DNA of 64,000 bases from Camelus ferus (lineage: Eukaryota): positions 19,222,001-19,286,000 of the forward strand of contig NC_045696.1 of assembly GCF_009834535.1 (NCBI RefSeq). Direction: 5' to 3'. The notes under the pieces are model-generated. The model was not told where the DNA came from, did no database searches, and saw only the letters and a program-made list of their open reading frames with translations. Positions 11,461 through 24,329 of the stretch are shown one piece after another (the stretch's first letter is position 1; each line of letters begins with the position of its first letter). Both the position numbers and the translations under genes were made by a program.

Positions 11461-13699
11461 GAGAGAGAGAGAAGAATGGGAGAGAGAGAATGGGTAGATA
11501 AAGGAGATTGAGAATATCTCTTTGCAAACTACTTTCCAACCACAATCAGCTGCATGCAGTATAGACATGGAACAGTCAGGGAGGTAAATTTAATCAGATT
11601 TTTCAAAATGAGTATGTGAAACCAGAAAGGGAACGTGACCTGGGGATATATGCAAGAGATGATTATCATGACTGTCTATAGGATTAAACCCAGTAAGCAA
11701 GACAGAGAAATCATCAAATGGATAAAGAAGACTTGAAAAAGAAATGTTGTGTAGGTTCCTTGAAATGTATGTTTGATGGGCCTAAATGAGGGAATAAGAG
11801 AGAATAAGTTTGTTCTAAACCTGGATCCTTACATGAAATGAAGCTTAAAGATATTGGTAATGTATAATATAACATAATAAAGATTCTAAAAGTAAAATTG
11901 TATTTCTGTAAAACAATAATAAAATAATATGCTTTAGTATTCTATTGAGTAATTTTACTAAGAAAAATAAAGTCATTAAAATCATGTCAAATTAAATCCA
12001 ACAAATGATATAAACATTTTAGTATTTTATTTGCAATTTGACATTTGTCACTGAGATGACATTGGAAGCTTGCATTTCTTTCCCTTGGTTACATTGGCTG
12101 GCATTTTTCCACTGTAGAAACAAAGGCACAGATAAAGATATGGCTACTGATAGACAGAGGTTCCAAGACTTAGACTCAGATATTGACTCTTGCTAGTACT
12201 TTCCAGAAAAATAAGCAAGCCTCCCTGATAGACATGTTTAATCATGTCTCTTTATACCACTGCTAGAGAAGAGCAACAGACATAGGAAAAATTCATTGTT
12301 ATGTCTAATGATAGGAGTTCTCCTATGCAAATTATTTAACTATTACTTATGTTACTGTTTTATGTAATATCATAATTATATGTAATATTTAGAGACATAC
12401 CAAAAATTAATAAATAGAAAATTGACAACTTGAGGGAATAAAATTCTGAATATGCTGTTGTTTGTTATTTTGGATGAAGAGGGAGGAACTCTCAAATACC
12501 TTGAAATTGACTTTTGATTAATTGCATTTTTTGCCAATCTCCATAACAAAAAGTGCAATTTTTCTTATAGCAGAGATGTCAGTGCTTGTTTTCCTAACAG
12601 ATGCAATGGTGTCCAACTTCATGCTATCCTGACACCCTCCCTGAATACAACACAATATATCATTTTGCAATTTGAGTATAATGAAGATCCTTCAATGTCA
12701 CTTTTTCTCTTTGTAATGTGCTCAATAGAGGTTTTATTTCCTAATCTACAGTGAGTTTGCACTTGAAAGACTAAAGATTAATATTAGACCTTCTGATTGA
12801 AGTATAGTTTAACCTTAGTGTCATATTTTGAAACATCCTAAAATCCTCTGCTGGAATTGATATAAACACGTATTTTTATTCAGTCCAATAATTTTTAAAA
12901 GAAAAAAAAAAGTCTTTTTTTAGTGAATTTCCAAAAAAAAATACTAAAATCGTCAATGACAAGGTTAACATTTCAGGGCATTCAATCTGTCTTTTGAATA
13001 TGCATTGTCAGACAAGCCCTAGATACCACCAAAATATGTTTCCCCCACAGTAAATCATCATCATGATTGCCATTATTGATCTGTAGAGTCAGTAACCGAA
13101 TCTATCCATGGGATTCAGCACCATCTATCTTGATATTATATTGCCCCATCCTCCTGCCTAAACCCATTAAACTGTCATCTGTGGGTTTACATCATTTTTA
13201 TTTGAGGGGCCTAGTGAAACTTTGCACTTTACTTGTTTTCTAAAACACTTCTAAGACCAGACTATCTCATCAGGAAATTTTCATTATTTCCTGTTAATAT
13301 CTGTTACCAAGATTGGAGGACATAATAACTTTTAATGGAACTATAACCATCATCACTGAATATAGCTTGGCATTATAGTGTGTATGGTTTTTTTTTACGT
13401 CTATACAAGTACTTATATGAATGTATAATATGATGAAAATTTACATATATTGGAACATGGGAAATATTATGTAATGATATCTGTCTTGGGATACATAAAG
13501 AATCAATTAAGAACTGGTGAATTTAAATACTATTCACCTATCTCTACTATTAGAGATTACCTATCACTCCAGTATAATTAAATAGTAATAAAGAAGATAT
13601 TATGTACAAAGTATTTAGTTAATATATTTTCCTAGAGTTAAACTGAAGATTTTGTAAAGTATGAAATCAGAGATTTTTTCCTACCTTCATTTTCAAAGA

Positions 13700-13856
13700 C
13701 TTTTAAGGATTCATTAGTGGATTTCAGTGGGTATATGGATATCTTAACAATGCATGCAAAAATGTTTACCTCTGTGCATTTCTGCTAATTGGTGAGGAAA
13801 AGATCAATAGTTTTCAGTGTCTCAGGAGATGCCAGGATCCATAAATTATTAAGAGA
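13700..13856. mobile_element. Old hAT-type MITE remnant
   Basis: GGATTTCAGTGGGTATATG..TGCATGCAAAA..GTGCATTTCT..ATCAATAGTTTTCA..CTCAGGAG resembles ancient Charlie-derived MITEs; family uncertain. Confidence 0.4.
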
Positions 13857-16800
13857 TATAGGATAACTAGAACACATATTTTTTAATTTAAAGGATAATT
13901 ATAAAAATCAATTTGCTGAAAATAAAAATGTGGCATAATTTACTTAGCTTACACTCAAACCTTTGAAAGTAAGCATTGACTATGGGTTTAATATCAAAAT
14001 GAAACACAAAACACTGCACATCTGTAGCCTAAAGCTTATTGTGTGAAATGTGTTAGATGAATTCAGAGTAAAGCAAATACATACTGCATGTAAAGAAGAA
14101 GAAATATATCTATCTCTCTATATCGTCTATCAATCTATTTATCTAAAACATTAATATAATGTATAGCTTTTGGCTTATGAGTTACTTTTTATATTTTTGC
14201 CTATATTTTCTCTATTCCATGATTATAAATTACTTTTTATACTTATAAAAGTATAAAATTTGCTGCTACAATATAGTGCATTTGTCAATTATATTTCATA
14301 GGTGACAAAATTTTGAATTTTTAAATCATAGAAGTTACGTGCAATTGAACGGCTATTCTAATTGTAACATAAGAAAATAAACTACAGGTAACGGAAAATA
14401 ATTATTCTCATTTTTGTTCTACATTTTTCCCACATCAATATCTCTGGGGACAATTTGAGAGACAGAAAAACAATTTTCCTTAACTTGATAGAAATTACAA
14501 TGTTCAAACAGAGGAAAAACAAAATGTTTTCTGCTCATGGTCACAAAACTTCACTGTTGTTTCTCAAATCCCTGAGAACCAAACAGTAAAGTTTTAACTA
14601 ATCTTTTTTTTAAACTTTATTTTGGAAAATACAATCCTTTACATTAGGGTAAATTTTCCAGAATTTGTGGAAGGACTAACAAAAGCAATGCTTAAAGAAA
14701 TTAAAACTCACACACACCACATCTTCTCTAAGAAAATTCGTGTAATACAAAGTGCTTACCACATACTTAGAAACGGATTTTACAGTCATACAATGAATAT
14801 ACAATGAACTGGATTCTAGGCCTCAGAGAGGGAAAATGATGTCTATCTATTATGCCTGTATCTTTAAGGAACTCACACCCTGGCGAATTATATAATTATG
14901 ATGTAGCACAATGAGTTCACTGCAGTGATGGCGATTTCCCCTGAGTAGTATAAGAGTACATCCAGTGATGCTTTTCCTTAGAGAACTAGTGGGGGGCTAG
15001 AAAGATTTTCCAGGAAAGTGACAGCTACACTACAATGTCAACAGTTGCATACTGATCTTCAACTGGACCATTCTGTGAGCTCCTCGGTCACAGTCATACT
15101 GTCTTGTATAACTGAATTTAACACATGGTAAAAATATATCACATGGCATATATCATATGGCATACATCATATCACTTGGCAAAGTATATTGTACTCATTG
15201 GGTTCTGTATGAATACTTGACAGGGAATGTAGTTAAGGGATATATTCATCCACATTTTATCATTATTCACTCTAATTAGGTCTAATTTTTTTTTTTAAAC
15301 TGGGCTACTCTTAAGCATGTTTTACAGACAGAAGTTAAACATTGGTGTAAACGTTGCATCTCAATATTTTTAGGATTTCTAACATATTGGCCATTGAAAC
15401 AGTTCCAGCTGTGATAAATTTTGCAGTCATAGGCAAAATTCTATCACAAAATGCTATCCCTCTTTCATTTCTATACCTACAAATAGAGACATATAGAAAG
15501 TGATGAGGAAACCAGTAAAGCAAATTGCATAAGCAGTACAGTAAGATAGAGACTGCTGAAAGGGACCTCAAGTTATTTGCGATAGCCAGAACATAGCAAA
15601 CAAACTTTTTAACAATAGATGAGTTTCATATATTCAAAACATCTCTAAAGATGTAATTAAGCTTGGTTACTGATTTTCATGTTTAAATTATCTCTTTGAA
15701 ATTTTTTGTAACTAATATGAATAAATGTGTTTTGCTCCAACAGAATCTCATTTTATACTTTTTTAAAACCAAAAGCATTTACTGAACAGACGGTGGACAC
15801 ATTCTTTCCACCAGATATTTGAAGAGGGGTAAGAATAGCCCTAAAGCTGTGGGCCCGGAAAAATTCATTCTCTGTGATAGATGTCTGGAATATTCTCAGA
15901 TGAACAAGTATTTTTTCTGGGCCTTAAATTTTAAACAATTTACCCTAATCCCTCCACTCAAAATTACTAAGAGCTTCCAAAAAAAAAAAAAAATGAGCAT
16001 ACGTGTGAGAGAGCCTGGGGCACTGCAGACAGGGGGAGAGATTGTGAGGATGAGCGAATGAGGACTTAGGGTGAGGGTGGGGGAATAGTCAGGAGAGATT
16101 TTGTAGCAGGTTTAGAAATTCAAGTTATTATTCTGCAGGCAGACACAAACAACTCGAGGATTTGTGTATAGATTTGTTTACAAAATCTAAGCTCAGTGTG
16201 AGAAGTGGACTCAGCACACAAGAGATGGGATTTTTCCAAGGCCTAATGAGAGAGATGCTAGCTGCCCTGATTCAACCTTTCCAATTCCACACACTGAAAA
16301 CAAGTGAAGGCTCCTGTAGCCTCATTCAATTGTCTGCCAAGAGTAGGGCGGCGAGAGCTGTCTACTTTGGGTAAAGGCAATAAGGGTGTGGGTACATTTG
16401 TTTGTGGAGAAATTGAAAACAATAATAACATTGAATAAATGTCATTGCTCTTTGTATTATCATCATGCTCTAACAATGCTAAACTGTATCAGAAACTATC
16501 TTTTGTTAGCCTAAGTTCTAAAAAGTTCTAAACAATTACTGAGGTTAATGTTTAGTTTCAGTAATATAACTACAAGCTTCAACTTACTACATTTGTATTA
16601 TTTACCCTTTAATAAACCTTAATACAAATCATTTCTTTCTATGTGGAAGTTAATGAAGAGAATTTCTAGTTATACAGACAACCCTCAGTGCTCTGAGACT
16701 TAGTTACAGCAGTTCATCTTGAGAGTAAATTCATAATGATTTTACCTTCTTTCAGTACATTTTGTGTCTCCAATCTTAAAAGTATTATGTAATACTTTTT

Positions 16801-17959
16801 GCAAGAGCTGTATGTAATTTTTTATCGGTTATCTGTTTCCCCCATGTGAAGTTTTAAATGAGGTTAATCAGAAGCAAAATATATTCCCAAACAGCCAGAA
16901 TTGGCCTTGAAAAATGCGCTGTGAAACACTATGGTTTGAAATCATTCTTTGAAAATCAGTGCATGGAAATTGTGGAGTAGGCCATTAATTATGCAACCAC
17001 AAAAGTAAGGAAATGGAACCTTCCAAAAAAAGTAGATTCAAATTTCAAAGAAGAATGCCTGGAGAACTGAAAAAAGATGCTCATACTGGCAAAGACTTCA
17101 AAAGAGAAATATTTTACTTCCTTGATTATTTTCATCAAGAACTGGATACTCATTCTGAATTAATGAATCAATAATGTCAATGTTTGCTATCATTTAGCGT
17201 TTTTAATAATTTTTGTAGTAGAAAAATACCTTTAGAAGGTTTTAATAAATATAATTGAAATTTATGATGCATTTTTAAAGATATTTTAATGGAAAATTTG
17301 TGAGAGCAGAAAAAATCTATGATAACAGATTCCCAGGAAGGATTTTTATGAATCTCTGCAAAACTTATATTTAAGACTTTTCTTAACCACCTATATACAT
17401 TAATTTGTGGGAGAGAATAAATTGAAAACTAAAATGCTTTTCAAAATTAAAAATAATAAGAAACATCCTTGACCAATAAGGAGAGAAAATAGATGGACAA
17501 ATCTGCCTATAATAGATATTGGACATGAAGAGAATCTCTTTAAAAAAGTAACTAACAACTTTGTACAAGGTAAGACTCAAAAACAAAAACTGTAATGTTA
17601 TCTGTTAATGCAACAATCAAGATAAAGGCATTTTTTTCCTCCTTTCCAAAAATTATACTTAATGAAATTAAAAAGTAACAATCTGTTATTTTTCTCTTTG
17701 CTTGATATTTTAATTTTTTGTCATGACTTCAAACATAGGAAGTTTGATAAAATTCTCATTGTGCTTTTTTCTGGCCATTATTGACACTTGTTTCATCTTA
17801 TCATTATTCCTAAAAATAATTGTGTCTTATAGATAAGGTGGATGTTAAAATATGATTTACTCTGGCTGTTGAATAAGCCAGGAATACCACTGCCTTTATT
17901 AGACCTCCAAAAATCTCATTTGAAGTCTAACCTTGTGCCACCCTCTGAGAAAATTTAAA

Positions 17960-18275
17960 TAAATTCTATGAAAAATTCATTGTATAAATCGGATACTAAG
18001 GAATTTTGTTAGATATGATAATGGTATTGAGATTATTTAAGAAAATGACTGTACTTTTTATATCTGCACAATGAGTGAAAGGCTAGGAAGGACTGAGATT
18101 TGCTTAGAAATACTTTATCATAGAAAAAGAAAAGGAAAAGAAAGAAGGGAGAAATTGAAAAGAGATGAAACAAGTTTAGAAAAATGTTAATCATTTCTAT
18201 TTCAATGATGTATGTTTGGAGTTTATTCTTTTCTCTCTACCCATAAAATTGATGGAATTTTTCATAATAAAAAAT
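17960..18275 (+). mobile_element. Old L1 (L1MC/ME-type) 3' end
   Basis: ATACTAAGGAATTTTGTTAGATATGATAATGGTATTG...GAGATTTGCTTAGAAATACT...TTCATAATAAAAA. Confidence 0.55.
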
Positions 18276-18469
18276 ACTCAGAGAAAGAGTTTATCTTGAT
18301 ATATGGACTTGGATTGACACATTATGTCATTATGTTTTCTGAGAGAAGCTGACCTCCAGTACGACTGAGTAAAAGAAAAAGTTTTACTTTCTTGTCTTGC
18401 TTCAAAGACCCTAGTTCTACACAAAAATTGTGTAGTTATCCTTCCAGAAGAGAGATTCAGAGATGTGTA

Positions 18470-18956
18470 TGTTACTGACCAGGGTTCTTGGCCTCCTTAA
18501 ACAATAGAAATCGATACCGGGACAGGAGAGAAATTCAGGCAGGGCTCTACTGGGACTCGTACTGTAGCAGGAGGTGCCCTTGTTTGTTCCCTGAGGGGTG
18601 CGGGGCAAGCTGGTCCCTTAAATGGGATAAGGGTAGAGGCAGGTCTAGTGGTTGGGCTGGAGAGTTGGCTTTGGTGGTCTGCCCACCCCCTTGGTGGTGC
18701 TGTGTGCAGGGATCATGCAGAGTGTCCTATTTCTGCTCCTGACTCCTCAGAATGACAGTTGGGTTTTTGGTCTTTTTGTATCTTATTGCTCAAACTCACA
18801 CCAGCTGCTGCATGTACACAGTTATTTTTAGTCCCTTACAGTTTCTTGTATCCTGTTGCTAAGTCCTGGTGCAAGCATTGCAGCCCAGGGTCCTAGGTCC
18901 CAGGCTGTGCAAGCAAAGCAGCAAAGGGCTCAGGTCCCAGGTCCCAGGCTGTCTCA
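18470..18956 (-). mobile_element. ERV1-type solo LTR, probably cetartiodactyl-lineage
   Basis: GC-richer 487 bp block bounded by TG..CA (TGTTACTGACCAGGGTTCTTGGCC...GGCTGTCTCA), with a ~40 bp internal tandem duplication near 18869-18950. Confidence 0.75.
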
Positions 18957-20062
18957 CTTATTTTGTCAGAAGAATAGAATACTTGGCTTGGTCAGTCTCT
19001 CACTCTCTCTCAGCAGTGCATCTTATTCTGCCTCCATTCAGAAATTTCAACTTGAAAAATAAGCAGATCTGAAAGTGAAAAAAACATAGTAAGGACGGAG
19101 AGAGCTCTTGTAATGCATAATGAAAATTATGAATTAGTTTTTTCATCAGGTCAGAGATTCACAGGAATACTCAGTGGAATTAAGCAAAGAGTTTAACTCA
19201 AGGTGGTAATATCCCACCAATGACATTACTGGCCTCGATTTACTACTTTTTATAAACCAGAATCTCTTCCAACTGGTTTGTGCATTCCATTTCTATTTGT
19301 AGTTCATGAAAAAAAAAAGTAAAAACTCACTAATCTAAAGAAAATAGACCCCCAAAATTAGGAAAATGTTTGTAATGAGTAGGCAAACACTTACAAAAAG
19401 TGACGCCATGAGTTTGGGAAAAGAAAGTGAGTGTTTTTAAAAAAAGAAGCTGAATCCAAGCATCTCATCTATCACCATGGAAGCCCCAGGTCAGCTAGCA
19501 CAACTATCCCTACATAAATAATACATGGAATTAAGGTGAATGAAGCAACTAGTTGACTCATAAGGACAAGAGCCACATGGAAACATAAAACTAAGGTGGG
19601 AAAACTTATGTATATATAATTATTCAGCTCAGCAGAGCAGGAGCATGAAATCTGGAGTCATGAAGAGGCAGATTTCATGGCTGGCTCAGATATGTAAGGT
19701 CTGGCAAGAGATGGGCAAAAATCTTGACAATACAAGCCTGTTTACAATCCCACGAGTTTGATCATACAAGATGGCCTTGGTGGACCTTGAAGGTAGAATT
19801 GGCAAGATCAGTGGATTTAATCAGCTTTATTAGAATAGATCAAAAATAAAGAATAAGATAATATGAATAATTAAAACCAGCAAATGCCTGAGCAGCAAAT
19901 AAATAAGAGGTAGGACCAAGGTTTGAGGCAAAAATTGGGAAGATTCCCAGGCAGTGGCAGGCAAAAAAATGAAAATGACAAAGTTAAACAGGAAGGAAGA
20001 ACAGAAAAGACTGTCGCAATAAAGAAGACAAAACAATTCACCTCCAATTAAAAAAAAAAAAA

Positions 20063-20463
20063 TTGTAGAGTTTTTAAGATGCGGGGTGAAAAATAGTAAA
20101 TAGGCTGCTCTGCTTGCTAATTGATCTAACCTAAGGAAAAGTCAACTATCTTCTATCTTCCTCGCAGGAAGGAATTTTACAACTTGGAATTAGACTGGAA
20201 GGCAGTAGCTCTTTCTTTCTTGATGATTTCATTTCAAAAAGATGGCTCCTAGGTCCTTAAGAAAGACAGTACTTGATTGCAAAACCGGCAAGAGGCTTTT
20301 TTAAAAAAGATTTACATTTCAAAGGGGCAGAGAGAGAATTTTCACCTACAGGTTTTCTAACATAAATATTCTAAGAAAAGGGAGCTCAGGAGTCTATAGA
20401 GTCAGGGAGAAGCCTATCTGACATTTAGTCAAGCCAAGGGAGATAGGAAGGCCATCTTGGTCA
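20063..20463 (-). mobile_element. ERV1 LTR (MER34/MER39-like)
   Basis: GATTTACATTTCAAAGGGGCAGAGAGAGAATT..TTTTCTAACATAAATATTCTAAGAAAAGGGAG..TTTAGTCAAGC motif; TG..CA ends. Confidence 0.7.
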
Positions 20464-20599
20464 GTAGGCTTTGTTACAGTGGGGAACTGAGGACTAGAAC
20501 TGTCTCAAGTTAGTAGTTACCTTTGAATTTTTGGGAAGTCAATCCTTCTATACTTTAAAAGAACCTCAGTTGTTGGGTTCTAATTACCCTTCTTCATTT

Positions 20600-20800
20600 A
20601 ATACTTTTTCTTGTTCCAAAATTATTTATTAAGGATCTAATATGTACCATGCTATGTGCCAGATTCTACAAGAAAGGCAAATAACATATGGTCCCTGCAC
20701 TCAGGGACTGATAGTCTGGGGGAATCAAACAAACAGCCATTTCAGGGTAACAACCAATGTAGCAAGATTCATGTTTCTGCAGAAGCACAGAAAAGAGTCG
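20600..20800 (-). mobile_element. L2 3' fragment
   Basis: TATTTATTAAGGATCTAATATGTACC..ATGGTCCCTGCACTCAGGGACTGATAGTCTGGGGG. Confidence 0.6.
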
Positions 20801-20844
20801 TTAGATTATAAGGCCCAGAGGAACTAACCCTTGAACTGAATTTT

Positions 20845-20907
20845 AATTTTTTTGTTGTTGTTGATTTACAATGTTGTGTTAGTTTCAGTTGTACAGCAAA
20901 GTATTCA

Positions 20908-20971
<64 letters not shown>

Positions 20972-21261
20972 TGCACACACATATATATATATATTTATTT
21001 ACATATTTACATATATATTTTTTTCAGGTTCTTTTCTGTTACAGGTTATTACAAGATAGTGAATATAGTTCCCTGTGCTATACAGTAGGTCCTTGTTGTT
21101 TATTTTATATATAATAGTGTGTATATGTTAATCCCAAATTCCTAATTTATCCCTGCCTGCCCTTTCCCCTTTGGTAACCGTAAGTGCTATCATATGATAT
21201 TTGTCTTTCCCTGTCTGACTTACTTCATTTAGTATGATAATCTCTAGCTCCATCCATGTTC
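20845..21261 (-). mobile_element. L1 3'UTR, cetartiodactyl type, 5'-truncated
   Basis: GTTGATTTACAATGTTGTGTTAGTTTCAG..GAATATAGTTCCCTGTGCTATACAGTAGGTCC; homologous to the 3' end of the L1 at 53202-55260. Confidence 0.9.
20912..20994. repeat. Compound (TA)n(CA)n microsatellite inside L1 3'UTR
   Basis: (TA) run 20912-20955 followed by a (CA) run and a further (TA) run. Confidence 0.95.
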
Positions 21262-21659
21262 CTATTTTTTTTAATCAAGGCACATTTCTCTTTTAAGATT
21301 TTGGCAGAGTTATCAAATGGTCCTTCACCAAGGACTTCAATAAATCTAGAAGCCCAACCATAACTAAAAGAGAACGAAAGTATGGTCAGTATCAGAGGAC
21401 GTCAATATTTGACGTAAAACGCTTTCAGCCAAGTTCCTAGTTTGTATTTCCAGTTTGAAATCATCTAATGAGACTAGCTTGTGTTGTACAAATGGGAGAA
21501 GGTAATGTAAGCATTTGGCTCTAGTACAGAACAGATAGAGAAGGACAGTTGCTGATAAGCAGCTCTTGCCAGGAACAGATGTTAAAATACTAAAAAAGAT
21601 ATCCTAGGTCTGAGTCAACTAATATGGGAAGGAAATGATTAATTAATGGGTGATAGGGC

Positions 21660-21830
21660 AATGCTGTGTAGAATCTCCTGTGTCCATTGAATCTTTCTTT
21701 TCTTCCTGGATGCAAAGTTAAATTATTCCTGTCCCTCCCCGCAACCTTGTAGGAAGGTAAGACAACGTGATCAGGTTATGGCCAATAGAAAGTAGACAGA
21801 AATGATATACTTATCTTCCGGGTCTATTGT
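21660..21830 (+). mobile_element. MaLR LTR fragment (MLT1J/K-like)
   Basis: GTGATCAGGTTATGGCCAATAGAAAGTAGACAGAAATGAT..CTTCCGGG core. Confidence 0.55.
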
Positions 21831-22419
21831 TTAAATTTTCTTTCTCTCTCTCTCCTTTTTAGGACTAGGCAGGTGAAGATGATTCAAACATTTCTGAAGG
21901 AATTTTTGTTTACTTTCATCAAGCTATAGTTATAGTTATACTGAGAGGCAAAGGATGCTGTGTCCTGTACATTAAGCTCTTAAAGCTGTCATTTTCTGTT
22001 GCTGCCTCAGTGAAGATGTTTGGAAACCTTTCTAATGAGCATAACCTTTAATGTGTTTGAGTATGGTTATTAAATCTGTCTAGGTCTTTCAGGCAAGGTA
22101 TTCCCAATTCTTCAACTCTCTCTTTACATATCATATGTTCCATCATTCTTGTATTTGCTCTCTTATGAAAATTTCCCATGTCTTTTCCATGCATTTTTAT
22201 GTTCAGTAAACACAAATAGAAGATATGGTAAATACTCTAGTAAAATACACAATTCATGAAGCATTTTCTATTATTTATTCTCCACTTCTGTAGATATTTC
22301 ACTTATGCAATTATTTTGATCTCTCTGAATTTGAAAAAGCATAAGAAATATTCACATAACTGAATGCAATACTGCATAATGTCTTAACACAAGCTTTTGA
22401 GATTTTTTTATGAAATTTC

Positions 22420-22610
22420 ATAGCAGTATAATGTAGTTAAAGAGACTAGGCTATGGAGTGGTTTTAAATTGCTTTGAAATCCTCTTTCTAACAATTAAAT
22501 GTGTAACATTGAGTATGTTATTTTAGTTCTATGAGTCAACATATTATTCTTAAAATGAAAGTATTAATATAGAGATGGAAGATTTTTTAAAACTAAATGT
22601 ATTAATGAAT
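22420..22610 (+). mobile_element. MIR
   Basis: GCAGTATAATGTAGTTAAAGAGACTAGGCTATGGAGT..TTTGAAATCC..TGTGTAACATTGAGTATGTTA. Confidence 0.6.
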
Positions 22611-23140
22611 CAGATATAATGGATTTAAATTTCCTAGAACTCTCCTGAAAACTGTACTTCCTCATTAAAACTTAGTGTATCATTTGAACTATATATGAGA
22701 ATCTTTACTGAAGGCTATTGATTTCTACCAAATGAAGGCACAACACTGGTATTTAGATTCATTTTATCCTTTGTATAGATCCTACATTCTCTTTTTTCCC
22801 CCAGTTTTTACAATGTTGATGTTGTATTCCACAAATAACATATTTCAGTGTTTCTCAATCTTATTTAGCCGTGAAACTCCTCGTTCACAGGGAATCCTTG
22901 ACGATCAAAAGGTAAAATAAATAAGATCAAATCTGCTCTCAGGTAATCATGAGTTGATAGTTCAGTGTTTCACCTTCTCATTTTACCTTCCCACCCACTG
23001 CTGTCACCCTCCAGAGAATTTATTTTAAAAAAACAGTTACTGGGGATATACCTATTTATAGGAGGACTATATCTAAACTATCTTTTCTTAAGTAGAGGTT
23101 TTATTTTCTACAACATTGTAATATTTTTAAGATATAAAGT

Positions 23141-23175
23141 TGTGTGTGTGTGTGTCTGTGTGTGTGTGTGTGTGT
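23141..23175. repeat. (TG)n microsatellite, one interruption
   Basis: Directly visible. Confidence 0.95.
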
Positions 23176-24329
23176 CTGGTGGATGGAGATGATGCTATGT
23201 GTCCATCTTCAACCCTAACATACAGGAATGATAATACTGATTTCTTTCAAAAATTATTTTTAGTTCTCACAACTCACTATTCCATTTCCTTTGCCTAATG
23301 ATTTATCTCTAAAGAATGTATTTTTTTTAAGTTTTGCAAAGAAAAAGCAAAATGGCTTTCCACATTTACACTATTATATATCCCTTCCCCCCAAGCCAGA
23401 GGAACACAGATGAAAAAGAACTGTAACCCTACTGTACAGTCAGTGCTTTATTAAAATAACAGGTACACATGTTTCAGAATCTCATCAACTTGCAGCTCTT
23501 TGCTTATTTTATTTATGTATTTCCTTATTTTCACAAGTTAATTTAAAATATGTTTACTAGTATATTATGAAGAATCTCAATAAATAATTGAAATTACTAC
23601 TGTGGAAATAGATCTATTTTGTAGTCTGAAATATGCATATTACATCTTTTGCCGGAAAAGAGGATACTACCTTTTCTAGATAAGGAATAGTCATCACATA
23701 CGTTACTGTCTGAATTTCCGTGTGATATAGCACAAGGTAGCATAATATGTCACAATAGCAACACTGGGTACCATGCACTACTGTGCTATAAACTTTGAAT
23801 TGTTTTATTGATAGCCAGGCACTGTAAGCATGAGTATCTGGTTATAATTCAACATGAACAATGTTTCTGCAGGCGTTTTAACAGTGCAAATTTGTATTGT
23901 TAGTAAAATCTAGGCTTATGCATGGCAGGTAAATATAAAACAGCAAAGACACGCTACTTCATGTTTTCGTGGCCAATGCGTTAAAAAAAAAAATTCCCAA
24001 ATGCAAAAAAGTTTTATTCTCTGTTATGCCAAAGAGATACAAATATTTGTCAGTGTTGAATTGAATGAATGCTGTGTTTTACTTGTGATTTGTTTCTCTC
24101 TTCTCTAAACACATTGATTTTAACAGATTTCACACTTCATGCTTAATATATGTATGTATAGAAAAATATGTGTATTTCACTGAAGTAATTCTGAATTAAT
24201 CAAAGAAAACATCATGGTTCTTAGAGGCTTATATGAGTTTAAACATATTAGTAACCTAGTAAAGTGCCTGGTACTCAAAGGAAACTTATTTCTTTCAATT
24301 TCCTGTTTTCCATAATTTTAAATTTATAA

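Noticed and set aside
14235..14258. 10-bp AT-rich inverted repeat
   Set aside because: Expected by chance in DNA this AT-rich.
15134..15180. Short ~14-bp tandem repeat (ATATATCACATGGC-like) as an array
   Set aside because: Degenerate minisatellite with 2-3 units and no spacers; not CRISPR-like.
15335..15571. Minus-strand ORF with an internal acceptor-like TTTGTAG at 15477
   Set aside because: No matching donor or clear terminal-exon signal; peptide unrecognised.
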